This document shows, piece after piece, positions 12,160 to 24,760 of a DNA stretch of 51,715 bases (its first letter is position 1; every line of letters starts with the position of its first letter). Location: NCBI RefSeq assembly GCF_001194135.2, contig NC_068981.1:126921531-126973245 (forward strand), in the 5' to 3' direction. The DNA is from Octopus bimaculoides. Taxonomy: Eukaryota. The position numbers and the translations under genes were made by a program. The notes beneath the pieces are model-generated. The model was given only the letters and a program-made list of their open reading frames with translations, was not told the DNA's origin and made no database searches.

Positions 12160-13219
12160 TTAGTATTTAGTTGACATTCCCTTTGCAGTTTTTAGTTCAG
12201 AAACTCTTTTTCGCATTGAACTGATGCTTTGTGATTGTCACTTGTGGAATTTCTGCCCACTTTTCCCGCAACAATCGAAACAATTCATCTTTAGATTTAG
12301 ATTTCTGTAGAGTTTTTCGTACAGCTCTATCTAGTATGCTCCAAAGATTTTCAATTGGGTTCATGTCAGGAGATTGGTTTGGCCAAGGAAGCTTTTTTAT
12401 CCCATTTTCAGTCAGCCATTGTTGATTCCTTTTCGCTGTGTGGCATGGAGCTCCATCTTCCATGAATAAAAACTCATTTTTCGTTATGTTATCATGTGAA
12501 TACATTGGAAGTAGTCCTTGCTTAAGTATTTTGATGTATTTTTCAGAGTTTATGGTTCCAACACATTCGATCAGCTCAGAACAACCATTGCAGGTGACAG
12601 CTCCCCATACCATTACAGAGATACTACCATGTTTCACAGTTGGTTGGAGTCGTTTTAAATCAAATTCTTAATTGGGAAGCCTCCAGATCCAAACATGTCC
12701 ACTGTCTGAAAATAGTGCAAATCTGGATTCATCTGAGAAAATCACTATCCCAAAATGAACTGAATTTTTCTGACATCTCCTTAGCCCATTTCTTTCTTTT
12801 CATGATATTAATTGGTTGAAGGAGAGGTTTTCTTCTAGCTGCTCATCCATAATACCCAAGCTTTTGCAGATATGTAACACACATTCTTGGACTAACTTCT
12901 AGCTGTTTTGCAATGTCAGAAGCCTTCGTTTTCCAGCCAGGACGAGAATTTGTTGATTTTTTGCCTTGGCTTTTGAATTGCGCTATAATTCTATTAACAG
13001 TAGCAATTGAAAATCATCAAGTAACATTTCAATTCCTGCTATCTCTGCCTGTGGCAGAATGCACACTAACAGGAGACAGTTGTTGCTATAGTATGAACCT
13101 ATGTTATTGTACATTACATTAGTTCCATCTGCTATACTCTTCTGTGCTGGCTTAGAGCATGTTGGAAGAAGGTATTGATCTTGGAGTTTTCCTTCTCCTA
13201 GATTAATTGCTTTCACCAC
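12160..13219 (-). pseudogene. Tc1-family transposase (DD34E), near full length but disrupted
   Basis: [16 protein letters not shown] and SPDMNPIENLW with 34 residues between D and E; N-terminal AARRKPLL; C-terminal GMSTKY* in a shifted frame. Contains an internal stop and at least two frameshifts. Confidence 0.9.
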
Positions 13220-15224
13220 AGCTTACAAGCTCAATCTACCCTTACAAAAGTGTATTTAATCCATAGATGGGACTGACAGGTACTACTGTCCTGAGTCAGA
13301 CAGACCTGAAGTAATGATAATGGGGCGACTCCATACTCCCCATTACTGGAGCCTCACTACTAGATGTAGTTTAATGTCTTAACCAGGTTATAATATTAAT
13401 TTGATGTTAAATTTTCCAAGGTCAGAAAATATCTGGATTTAGTATTCTTACATTAAAAATTAACTACATATTCAAGCCGAAGTTGTGATGAAAACTATAT
13501 AAATTTGTGTCAATTATACCGTGTAAGTCCATACTGCACAGCTGTATTACAGTTTACCACCTGTACATGTGTATGTGACAACTGACTGATTGCTGGATGA
13601 GTGTACAATGGTGGTGAAAAGGTAGGAAAAAGAGCAAGTACAAGAAAGGAGAGAGTTGTTGAGTGGGAAAGCATATTCTTTGTATATTTTATCTGTATGT
13701 GTCCTTTGTTTAAGAGCCTCATAAAGGATAAGATGCTCATAGCTGAAATGCCTTTAATCATAGGTCTGCTCAATCAAGGCTGACCTGGGCCTATACCGCA
13801 ATTACTACAAAGATTAAGGGCAAAGTTAGTACAAGTGGAATACAAACTCCATACATTAATTAAATTGTAAAGTAAAATCATTTAGTTTGACTTAGCAAAG
13901 AGAAAACAAAGGCACAATTTTAACTTGTCAGCTCAAACTACTCTATTTATTTATTTTATTGGCTTGTTCTGGAAGAGGTTGCATGACTGGCTCTTGCAGG
14001 TCCTCTAAGACTGGTGGATTTAACAGTTAAATGTTCTTGCTGCTAATGCCTTACTATTTCATTTACCTTCCCTTAAAAGATAGGCCTATCAAAACAATGG
14101 GAAAATAGCATGCAACCTGCTCAAAACAACCAAATCACATCCAACAATCTTAAAAAAAAAAAAATAGGTTATATTAGATATGGTATGAAATGAAAAGATG
14201 TGATAATCAGAGCAAGAAGGACTTTAATTACAGATCTATTAGATTGGGGTTAATTAAAATTATATAAAATTCACAAGTTCTTGTAAAAACTTTTGAACTG
14301 AAATGTAAAGCAGATCATCAGCAATGTTTTGGGATTCTACTATTCCATTAATAAATGTTAGTGTGTGTAATTTCCTAACATGTCTTTGTATAACCATTTG
14401 AATCTAGCACTGCTAGCTAATAAAACACTGTTAATGATTCAATCAATTCAGTTGAATGGTCATACACTATATAGGTGCACACCAAAATGTAGCGAGAGAC
14501 TAATAGGAGAATAGAACTTCTGGTGAAGATATCAGCATAATTAGCAATGGATTGAAGATAAACGACGTGCTGTTCAGTCCAAGGTCAGCCCTGATCTGGA
14601 AGTTTTATACTAAGATACCAGTTATACTAGCTATTAGCTGTGACTATCCCATCTTTATTCCAGACTGTATCTAGGACTACATTTGTTCTTCCTTTATTAA
14701 GGTGTTAGGGTGCAATTTGAGGGATATTTGGATGTTATTTTAGTCAGCTGATCAACCATGTAGAGTTCTGTTGTTATCTCTTGCTTGTGACTTTTTCAGA
14801 TAATAGGTAATATTAATTGTTTAGGTAACATAATTAGTTCTGTTAAAGCCTGTGATAGCAAACAGTTTAGGCCTTGATGGAGTAGATCTTTCAAACACTA
14901 CAAGGAATTTTATCAATTTCAATATGAAAATAGACGATATAAAGCATATTTTGTAGGAAAAGCAACAGAAAAAATGCAGTGAAAATTACCACGAGGAGTG
15001 GACATCTAATATTTCAGATAAAATCTTTCTTCAGGATAAAGTTGACAGGAGAGGAATGAAGAGTTTTACATTCTATACATTTGAGAAACTGGCTGCAGTT
15101 GATAGGAAACACGGCTTACACTGTACACCTTTTGTTGCTTTTTCCATACACTATAAGTTTTGTTGATGCTAACCACTATCAGCCTCCTTGAATTCTGTTT
15201 TATTTGATATATAGAGTAAATTAC

Positions 15225-15465
15225 AACTCTAAAGTGGTTGGTGTTTTGAAGGGCATCCTGCTGTAAAAGCCATGCCAAAACTGACTGAGCCTGTACTCAT
15301 GCAGCATAAAAAGCACTGTGTCCACTCTGCTAGGTGGTTGGTGTTAGGAAAGGCATCCAACCATAAAAACCATGCCAAAACAGACAGATGTTTGGTGCAG
15401 TTTCCTATCTGGCCAGCTCCTGTCAAACCATGCCAACATAGAAGACAGACATTTATGATGATGAA
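15225..15465 (+). mobile_element. Two tandem SINE-tail modules ending in (GAT)n
   Basis: GTGGTTGGTGTT...GGCATCC...CATGCCAAAA occurs twice (15234, 15334). Confidence 0.7.
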
Positions 15466-17169
15466 TGGAACCCAAAGTAGATAAATCTATAAATATTAGT
15501 ATGTAAAACATTAGCTTAAAAAACTCTTTGGAGGAAAAACAAATTGAAGGCAAACCCACATTTACAGGACAGATGTGCTAACCATTATACCAAAGCAAAA
15601 TTTCAAATTTTCTCCATCCACTTTAGAAACTGTTTTTACCAATGAGAATTGTAAGCTATTTATATAAGAATATAGAAACTTCAAGTGACATGAAATGAAG
15701 TATATTTTACAGTGGACCCCAAAGGTATCAAACTATAAATAACATATAGAATATTGGATTAGAAAAAAAAACCTTGGATGGGAGAAAAAAAACTACTTGT
15801 GGGACATGTCTTCTGTAAACATGACATGGTTGTATCCACTGGAGTATACAACAATTCTGAAAATGTTTAACATTGAAATAGAGATACCATTGAATTGTAG
15901 GTATAGACAGTGCATAGAACCTCAAAATTTTATGACTGACTCCCAACTCAAAAGTTCCCTTTTACAATACACATTCAAGAATTTCCCATTATTAGCTATA
16001 TATCCTAAATGCTTTGTATTTTTAAGCTTGTCAAAAGTACTCACAATATTAACCATTCCTTAGTCCACTAAACCTCAATCTTACTCCAAATTTTCTTTCC
16101 TTTCAACCAGTTCTTTTTTTATATCTATTCTTCTAATCTCTCCATATCCCTCCTCATTCCATTTTACTGTCATTTACAACTCCTAAATCAGTCACTCTTA
16201 CTGAGTATCTAGTCTCCTGATAGTTTTGCAAATTTGCAATCATTGATTCAAGAACAATTTCAAAAGTGACATGGCTTCTACAACCTCGACAAAGGCAACA
16301 TAACATAAAGGTCTTGATTATTTTGAATTGCAAATGATCACTATCAGATCAATAGGACTCTCTCTCTCTCTCTCTCTCTGGTGTGGATGCCATAATAAAA
16401 TGCTATGGCCTTTTTACTTGTCTTTTTTTTAATACCATCACAAGTCTTAGTTGCTTTTAGCAGAGTTCCCTCTGTAGCAATTTTTTCATTTTTCACTTCT
16501 TTCCGTAACCCTAACCATAAGTAGAAAAATTTTTAGAATTTTTTTTTCAGAATCATAATCTCCGTATTTTCCTGCATGAAGAATTGAAGTGTGTGTGTGN
16601 NNNNNNNNNNNNNNNNNNNNNNNNNNNNNNNNNNNNNNNNNNNNNNNNNNNNNNNNNNNNNNNNNNNNNNNNNNNNNNNNNNNNNNNNNNNNNNNNNNNN
16701 NNNNNNNNNNNNNNNNNNNNNNNNNNNNNNNNNNNNNNNNNNNNNNNNNNNNNNNNNNNNNNNNNNNNNNNNNNNNNNNNNNNNNNNNNNNNNNNNNNNN
16801 NNNNNNNNNNNNNNNNNNNNNNNNNNNNNNNNNNNNNNNNNNNNNNNNNNNNNNNNNNNNNNNNNNNNNNNNNNNNNNNNNNNNNNNNNNNNNNNNNNNN
16901 NNNNNNNNNNNNNNNNNNNNNNNNNNNNNNNNNNNNNNNNNNNNNNNNNNNNNNNNNNNNNNNNNNNNNNNNNNNNNNNNNNNNNNNNNNNNNNNNNNNN
17001 NNNNNNNNNNNNNNNNNNNNNNNNNNNNNNNNNNNNNNNNNNNNNNNNNNNNNNNNNNNNNNNNNNNNNNNNNNNNNNNNNNNNNNNNNNNNNNNNNNNN
17101 NNNNNNNNNNNNNNNNNNNNNNNNNNNNNNNNNNNNNNNNNNNNNNNNNNNNNNNNNNNNNNNNNNNNN

Positions 17170-17213
17170 GGGTTAGGGATAGGGTTAGGGTTAGGGACAG
17201 AGTCAGGGCTAGG
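17170..17213 (+). repeat. Degenerate interstitial (TTAGGG)n next to a gap
   Basis: GGGTTAGGGATAGGGTTAGGGTTAGGGACAGAGTCAGGGCTAGG. Confidence 0.8.
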
Positions 17214-17620
17214 ATCGACCACTCAGGACTAGCTAGCGCGGACGCGCGACTGCGCGCTCGACACCGTACTCCTTCAATAGATGTACGTAATCCATGGTAA
17301 TTTTTTCGATATCCACATTTCAAGTCCACTTTTAAAATGTTTGATTTTTTTTCTTATGGCTCCTCATTTAATAACAAGCAGCAATGCCACCCTTCTTCAT
17401 TATCAAATTTCATTCGTGTCTACTGATTTTTCCACTTCCGGTGGGGAAGTTGAAATGCTTGTGTCTGAGGGGAGCGAGTAGGTTCAGCGTTTGTAGGGGG
17501 AGGGGTGGGATTATGTGTTTTACCTGACTTCTTCCTTTTCCTTTTCTTACCGGCTGCTTTCTATTCTCCTTCTGAAAACATCGACCATTCCCCAATAGTC
17601 ATGTGTTGCACGTGCATTTA
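17214..17620. promoter_or_regulatory. CpG-rich putative promoter region
   Basis: GCGCGGACGCGCGACTGCGCGC at about 17236-17257, ETS-type ACTTCCGG at 17434-17441, and a possible donor GTAGGT at 17478. Confidence 0.35.
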
Positions 17621-17898
17621 AAGAATTTGTCACAAGACTAATAAAGAGTAATCAATTAATGTAACATATATGTATGAAGGATGATATTTAACCGCACTTT
17701 TATCAGTAAATATATCTACCACACGTTAACATAAAACTAATTATTCATTATTATTCTTAGAAATTTTATAGACCTATTCGAGACAATAGCAATACAGGTA
17801 GGAAAACCATTGTTACGTTAACGAAGGGGGCGCTAAAAAAATTGACTTTTTTTTCCATTTATGTTGTTTTCTTATTGTCTATTGGTAAAAAAAAAATT

Positions 17899-18533
17899 GG
17901 GGCTAATACAGTTTCGTACATCTTGAAAAATGCATTTTTTAAAAGATATTTTGTCGGATTCCTACGTTTTTTAGATGTTAGAGATTACGAATATGCACAA
18001 AAAACAAAAATCTTAAACTTTTTCCAAATTTAAAATGCCCACCTCAACCTCCCAAATTTTAAAATTTTCAACTTTCAGTTCGCCTCTCCGGCGGACTTCA
18101 CGCACAGTCACTCAGACATTTCCGACTTTTTTTTTTTCAGCGGGTTCCTATGTTTTCGATGACAGATTCTGAATATGCAAGAAACCACGTTTTCAAAATT
18201 TTAAATTCAATAAGTATTTAGTTATGTGTATAAAGAGATAGATATAAACGGATAGGTATAAATAGATACACGGACAAATAAATAAATGGCTGAAAAAGAT
18301 TAACGATCAAGGCAAATAAGTAAAACGCAAATCCTTTTCACTTGTCTATATTTAATTTCGATTTGCGTATGTTCGTCAATTCGCTACAATATTTCAAATT
18401 CGGGGTGGAGGTGAAATCTAATTTTTTTTTCCCGCATATTCGTAATCTCCGACATCTAAAACATGGAAATTCGAAAAAAATATTTTCAAAACCATACATT
18501 TTTCAAGGAGAGGTACGAAACTGCATTAGCCCC
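17899..18533. mobile_element. Foldback/MITE-like element with about 100-bp imperfect inverted arms
   Basis: 17899-17996 (GGGGCTAATACAGTTTCGTAC...AGATGTTAGAGATTACGAATATGC) is the reverse complement of 18434-18533. Confidence 0.7.
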
Positions 18534-20384
18534 CACCAAAATTGTATTCCATTTTAAAGTTTAAGGAAGTTGAACATTTAATAGAGAACTACGAACCAGC
18601 CTCCCTCTCCTCACACCAGTGTTCTAAAATAATTTCTCCATATTGTCACCCAAAAAGTTTGTATCATTCATCTATAAAATTAACTAATTTTTATTCCTTG
18701 TAGAAAAATAATTCATTAAAATTTGCTGGTTTTCAGTTAAGAATTTCCTTTTAAAAAGATCAAATTTCTGGTGATTCAACTGACCAAAAATATACACAAG
18801 ATAGTCACAGAAATAAAATTTATACTTTGTACGTATTCTTATAAAAAAATTTTTAAAATTCATTAGCCAAAATCAGTGAATGCTAGAAGAATGTTCTTAC
18901 TATTTGAATCTAAAATAGTACTTGTAATGAAAGCCGTGTGACAATGAGTAAAATTGTGAGCCTAGTTAACGACTCTCAAAACTAATTCGGTGACAAAACT
19001 AATTCGTGAAAAGCATTTGGGGCTACGTCTAACTTCCCACTGCCAGAAAGATATTTGTGGATTGATGTGAAATTTGGTTGAAATTGGGATACATAGAGCT
19101 ATTCTGAGTTCAAATTTCATAGTTACCCTATAACACTGTTTTAACCCCTACCTTTTTATGTCCTTGTAGAAACACATTAACAGTTAAAACAATTTATTTA
19201 TTTATGGGTTTCAGCCAAGTGGCTGCGATCATGCTGGAGCATATTTACAACATGCTCTTCCTTTTAAAAATAATGTCTGGTTAAAAGACTCCCCTATAAC
19301 TATTTAGCGGAGATTCTGATTCTTCAAAAAAAAAAAACAGCATTTTAAAATATTAATTTCCCCCCTCCTCCCAAATTCTTCAATTTTCACATTTTTCAGA
19401 AATTTGCAAAATACGGAGTAATCTCCTCCGTATTTTTCTACGTATTTCGTAAAAAAGAATTTCTAAAAAAAAGTGAAAAANNNNNNNNNNAATTTTTTTG
19501 CAGAATCTCCGTACTCGAAAATGGGGAATTCTGTAAAAAAAAACAAAGGAGATGCGGTCCACATTCTTTACGTCCGCCTAAGTATTTTTTTTATTGCATG
19601 ACCTGAAGAACATTAATCTTGATTTACAGGAAAATATATAATACTGTGTACTCATCCATAGTTTATTGACCTCCAGGACATCTCTGAATGGACCTATGAT
19701 CAAAGGCATTCCACATTTAACAATCCAGTCTTTTTTCTGAGTATCTAGGACTACATTGTCTATTGCTTTTATTTTTAAATACAATGTATTTGAGGAAGAT
19801 TTGACTGTTTCTAGCAGGTGGAGTGACCATCCACAGGCTCTTATGAACTCGTTTCTAAAGGAAGTTTTATGCTTTCGTTTAAGCAACGTTAATAGAAAAC
19901 AAGAGTAACTTCAAAGTCACTATTGTCTTCAAGTGCTTAACCTCGTCCAAGCATCTCCATAAGGCTTAACGACCAGGTTCTTTATATTTCTCTTTTTGTC
20001 CCATTTTCACAGCAATAATCTGGTAACCAGGCATTCTCTTAAAATATTGAACGATGGCAACGAAGCATGTTCTCGGCGAAGTAACGTTATGATCAAACTT
20101 TCGCTCTTCTCTACCATTACAAGCTGAGTATGCAATACTTTTTCTAAGCCATTGCGTTTCATACACATTACAAATAATTCTTCCAGTCGTACCGAAGCTA
20201 TTTATTTCCAGGAAAATAATATCTTGAATGATTTTATCGACTACAAAAGAATGAAAAACGATGTTGGCCTATGTGGAATTTAGTACAAATCATTAAATCT
20301 GGTTGCCATCATTTGCAGCAACTCTGTCTCTAATATTGTTTCAAACGTTGGCACAAGGCCAGCAATTTTGAGGAAAGAAAGAAA

Positions 20385-20675
20385 GTCGATTACTGCTGCC
20401 TGAGTGGTATTCCTATCTTATCGACCCCGAAGGATGAGAGCAAAGTTTGTCTCAACAGGATTTGAACGTATTGAGTTAGAAATGCCGCTTAGCATATTGC
20501 CCGACACGCTAACAATTCTGTCGCTTTTTTATTTCATATTGGTTTCAAATTTTGGCACAAGGCCAGGAATTTCAGGTGAGGGTGTAAGCCAATTACATCG
20601 ACCCCAGTACTCAATTGGTACTAATTTCATCAACCCCAAAAGAATGAAAAGCAAAGTGAATCTCGGCTGAATTTG
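20385..20675 (-). mobile_element. Two partial tRNA-derived SINE copies
   Basis: ATCGACCCCGAAGGATGAGAGCAAAG and ACATCGACCCCAGTACTCAATTGGTACT match 1-190. Confidence 0.7.
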
Positions 20676-22146
20676 TTTCTAATTTAATATTAAATCTGAG
20701 TTCTGGGTACGTAGAACGAGAGATAAGTGTTCTCAATCAAGGAAGTTTGCGAGCTACTTTTGATTTCCAGTGAAAATCAATTTGCTGTGAATGTTTATAG
20801 AAATTTATTTCTTTAGCATTTCTAATTTTTATTAGAATCTTCTAAGGCTTGGTCTTTGTCAATCCCTTTTAAATTTTTAGATTTTTCTTTTGAGTTTTGC
20901 GTGATTGTCAACTTCAGGTAAATCATAAATTATTTTGGGATATATTTGTCAAATCTCGCTTTGAATATAGTGATAGCAGGATTTTCTAGATAACTGATTT
21001 TTTTTTAGCGACGTGTTAGAGTTTGAGGTCCTGACTTCGATTTGAATTCTTGTGTCCTCACTCCACTTTTTCTCATAACTTTGAGAAAAATTGGAATTCC
21101 GTTTCAAAATTTTGTTTTACTTTGTAGATATGTGATGTGTGACAGTATGCACGTTTATACGTCCTTTTTCTTTTTTTAATTACATTCCGATATTTGTGGT
21201 TGGATGTGAAATTTGTGTCACCTCACTATTCTGAGTTGAAATTTCATAGTTATTCTATAACATCTGAAAGGTATTTTTAGAAAATTTCATTAGAAAATAT
21301 CCATTTTGTCCTAAGTTATGGGAAAACAGTTAATGAGGAAGGGGACACTTGTATAGGTATACCTTTCATTTATTAATTTCAAAATGCCGATTTTTGCCAA
21401 TTTTTTGCAGATTCGTATTCTCTGTAGCCGAAAACGAGGGTTTGTGTAGAAGAAAAAAAATAAAGAAAAAAAGGGTTTTTTTTTTTTTTGNNNNNNNNNN
21501 NNNNNNNNNNNNNNNNNNNNNNNNNNNNNNNNNNNNNNNNNNNNNNNNNNNNNNNNNNNNNNNNNNNNNNNNNNNNNNNNNNNNNNNNNNNNNNNNNNNN
21601 NNNNNNNNNNNNNNNNNNNNNNNNNNNNNNNNNNNNNNNNNNNNNNNNNNNNNNNNNNNNNNNNNNNNNNNNNNNNNNNNNNNNNNNNNNNNNNNNNNNN
21701 NNNNNNNNNNNNNNNNNNNNNNNNNNNNNNNNNNNNNNNNNNNNNNNNNNNNNNNNNNNNNNNNNNNNNNNNNNNNNNNNNNNNNNNNNNNNNNNNNNNN
21801 NNNNNNNNNNNNNNNNNNNNNNNNNNNNNNNNNNNNNNNNNNNNNNNNNNNNNNNNNNNNNNNNNNNNNNNNNNNNNNNNNNNNNNNNNNNNNNNNNNNN
21901 NNNNNNNNNNNNNNNNNNNNNNNNNNNNNNNNNNNNNNNNNNNNNNNNNNNNNNNNNNNNNNNNNNNNNNNNNNNNNNNNNNNNNNNNNNNNNNNNNNNN
22001 NNNNNNNNNNNNNNNNNNNNNNNNNNNNNNNNNNNNNNNNNNNNNNNNNNNNNNNNNNNNNNNNNNNNNNNNNNNNNNNNNNNNNNNNNNNNNNNNNNNN
22101 NNNNNNNNNNNNNNNNNNNNNNNNNNNNNNNNNNAAAAACTTATGT

Positions 22147-22175
22147 AGTTAGGGTTTTAGGGTTACAGTTAGGGT
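22147..22175 (+). repeat. Degenerate TTAGGG-like repeat next to a gap
   Basis: AGTTAGGGTTTTAGGGTTACAGTTAGGGT. Confidence 0.6.
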
Positions 22176-22330
22176 GAAAAATGAAGAAAATGGGGTGGGG
22201 GCGATATTTCAAAATTGCTGATTTTTGGCAATTTTCTGGAATCTCCGTTTCCGAAAACGGGGGTTTTTGGAAAAAAAATTTTTTTTAATTGCAAGAAAAT
22301 GGGGTGGGGGACGGGAGGAAGTCTTTCCCT

Positions 22331-22560
22331 TGTTGCAGTTATTAGACTGCGGTTATGCTGGGGCACCACCTTGATTATTAGTCAAATGTATCGATGCCAG
22401 AATTTTTTATTATTTTTATTTGTTGCTGCAGTTATTAGACTGCGGCCATGCTAGAGCACCACTTTGAATTTTTAGCCGAATGTATCAATGCCAGAATTTT
22501 TTTCATTTTTACTTATTAGACTGCAACCATTCTGGGGCACTGCCTTGAATTTTTAGTCGC
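22331..22560. repeat. Three tandem 81-93-bp units built on a SINE-tail motif
   Basis: TTATTAGACTGC(GGCC)ATGCTGGGGCACCACCTTGA recurs at 22339, 22432 and 22513. Confidence 0.8.
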
Positions 22561-24199
22561 AGAAAAATCAGCATTTTAAAATTTAAAGTCTTTTATTTTC
22601 TTCTCTGCGCTTACAGATTAATGAGAATGAGCTGACCTTTTGAACTTTTCTCTGGCCGTTGAGGGTCTTAAATCTGCCCATTACATTCCTGGCAATAATG
22701 ATCTAATTCCTTTCAGGATTTCTTTAAACTATAGTCAGCAGTATGCAGAGAATAAAAGTAATTTTTTTTTTTTGTTTCTTTTCTTTATTACTGAAATATG
22801 AAACAAGGTCAAGTCAAAAATAAAGCCAGAACATTAGTTGCTCAACTTTACTAAAAGTAAGTCAAACATCTTTATATGATGCCCTACAATTGTTCCTTTT
22901 AAGGTCATGTCATATGGTGCCGTCCTCTTTACACCATAAAAGAATGACATTGGTTACAGCTTCAACGCCTTTGATCATAGGACTGCTAAGGCTGACCTGC
23001 GGTTAAATAACTAACCCTATAAACTTAAATTCAAATATGAACGAGCAAAGCACATGCATTAAGTATGTGTTTGATAATGTCTCTAAACTTAAGTGTGAAG
23101 TTGTTTTATTAAGCAAAAGTCAATTAATTAAGTGGTAAATGCCTCTAGTTACCACTTCTAACTGAAAACACTTCATATATAATACAAATACTATAAAGGA
23201 CATAAACGCCCTATCTTCCTATTTTTTAAAACATATCTTTATTCAACATCAAAAGACACCCTTCTATGTGAGTTTGTATGTACACATCAGTTCTTTGGTT
23301 AATAGACTTTGAAGAGGGCACGTACATCAGTTTTGTTCATTTCTCCTCTTGAATGTGTGGTTTTGTTATATTTGAGAAATCAATAGTTAAAACCGATGAA
23401 CATAGCTCCACATAGTTACGGGCACCATAGTCTGGTGATATTGTTTTGATTCTCGGCTTTAGTTATTTCATTTTGCTTGCTTTCAGAAAACCAGTTCGTG
23501 CACACGCTACCCCTTCTGTTGATACCATTTGTTTAATTAATTAGTATTTAGGTCAACTAAGAAACTGTTCAAAGTATATATTTTCCTACATTCTTGACTA
23601 ATCAATAATAGATTTTTTCCCCCTAAGAAAATCCAGACGCAAAATGCAAACAAAGGTCCAGATCAATACATTTTTTTGCAAACAAGTAAACATGTTTCTT
23701 ATTAACTAGTCAAATCAACTTTAATAACTGCTTCATTGCTGCTGTACTAATTTGACTTGTGGTTGTGGAGCTATGGTCTTTTTGATCAATACTGCCCAGA
23801 TGCTAGTGAAATAAGCTCGTCATAACTGTTCTTAATAATCCATAGCAAGCTGTTAGATAACTTTTGCTAACTTTAAAACCTGTGGTCAACCTCTCTATAT
23901 TATTCACTGTCACACTGTTGCTGTAACTAATTTAGGTTTAATATCTCTCTAAATGCTCATACAAATAGACTAATTGCAAGCTTTGTGAATTGTAAATGTT
24001 GAAGTAGCAGCAGCAAATTCAGTTCTATACCTAGGCTGAATTTCACTTTCCATATACCTCATGGTCCTTTACCTTATTTCCCTTCTTGTATAAAATCGTA
24101 CCTATATGTAGACTGCAGCAGATAAACCACACTAGTCTCTGTCTTTCTCAATGAAAATATAAATATCTCAAATAGATTGTTTTAGTTCTGCAGTTAAGG

Positions 24200-24760
24200 C
24201 AGACTATTTGATGCTTTCTCATACATGTGATATAAATATAACCATTGGCTGCTTATAATTAGTACTGGCAAGTATGACCAACAGATTACTCCTGATTGAC
24301 TCTTGTTCAACACTTCTTTCTGTTGAAGAATTACTTTTACTCTCCCAAAATACCCACTTTCTGTTTTCCTTTTTGCTGCACAGTTCATACAAAAAGAACA
24401 TCTGGATGCCATCATTTGTGTATGGAATTTACCTGCCACTAGCAGCAAATGAAACTTGGTTTGGCTGTCTTGGCCACCATTTATCTAACTCAGCATTACT
24501 GGTCCATTTATCCTGCACTGCCTAAAGTTCTCTAATACATCTAAGCCTAATGTGGACTGTGAGTATGAGATAGGTTAACAATGCCTTTACTGCCTCCCAG
24601 GAAGCAGCCAATCAAGTGACTGGAACAATATCAGTTGAGAATTCTGCTATCCTACAACCAGTACTGTCCCACCTGCCCCCAGACTACCTCACAGCCGAAC
24701 TGGTTTTTGGCTCAATGTGTTACTCCTTTCAGTAACTAGCACTCTTTTCGACTATGAGTG
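24200..24760 (-). mobile_element. Possible CR1/L2-type LINE ORF1 esterase (SGNH) remnant
   Basis: Reverse fragments TVLVVG*, GCFLGGSKGIV and TVHIRL loosely match the VVGDS / CxPGA / VHxGTND blocks; heavily degraded. Confidence 0.3.

Noticed and set aside
12066-13260. Terminal inverted repeats of the Tc1 element
   Set aside because: Only a weak match between about 12066-12085 and 13247-13262; boundaries are not claimed.
15121-15200. Possible minus-strand exon ending at GTAAGC
   Set aside because: No polypyrimidine acceptor and no partner exons found on the minus strand.
16533-17329. Several long ORFs (195-258 aa)
   Set aside because: Almost entirely translated N-run plus TTAGGG repeat; artefacts. 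The same applies to the ORFs at 4761-5156, 21349-22177 and 48232-48417.
19578-19886. 102-aa minus-strand ORF
   Set aside because: Its 3' half overlaps a dispersed repeat (GACCTATGATCAAAGGCATTCC family, also at about 2700, 13750, 14580, 22970 and 28545).
22331-22560. Repeat-spacer-like periodicity suggesting CRISPR
   Set aside because: Whole units including the spacers are homologous and SINE-derived. There are no cas genes and the context is eukaryotic.
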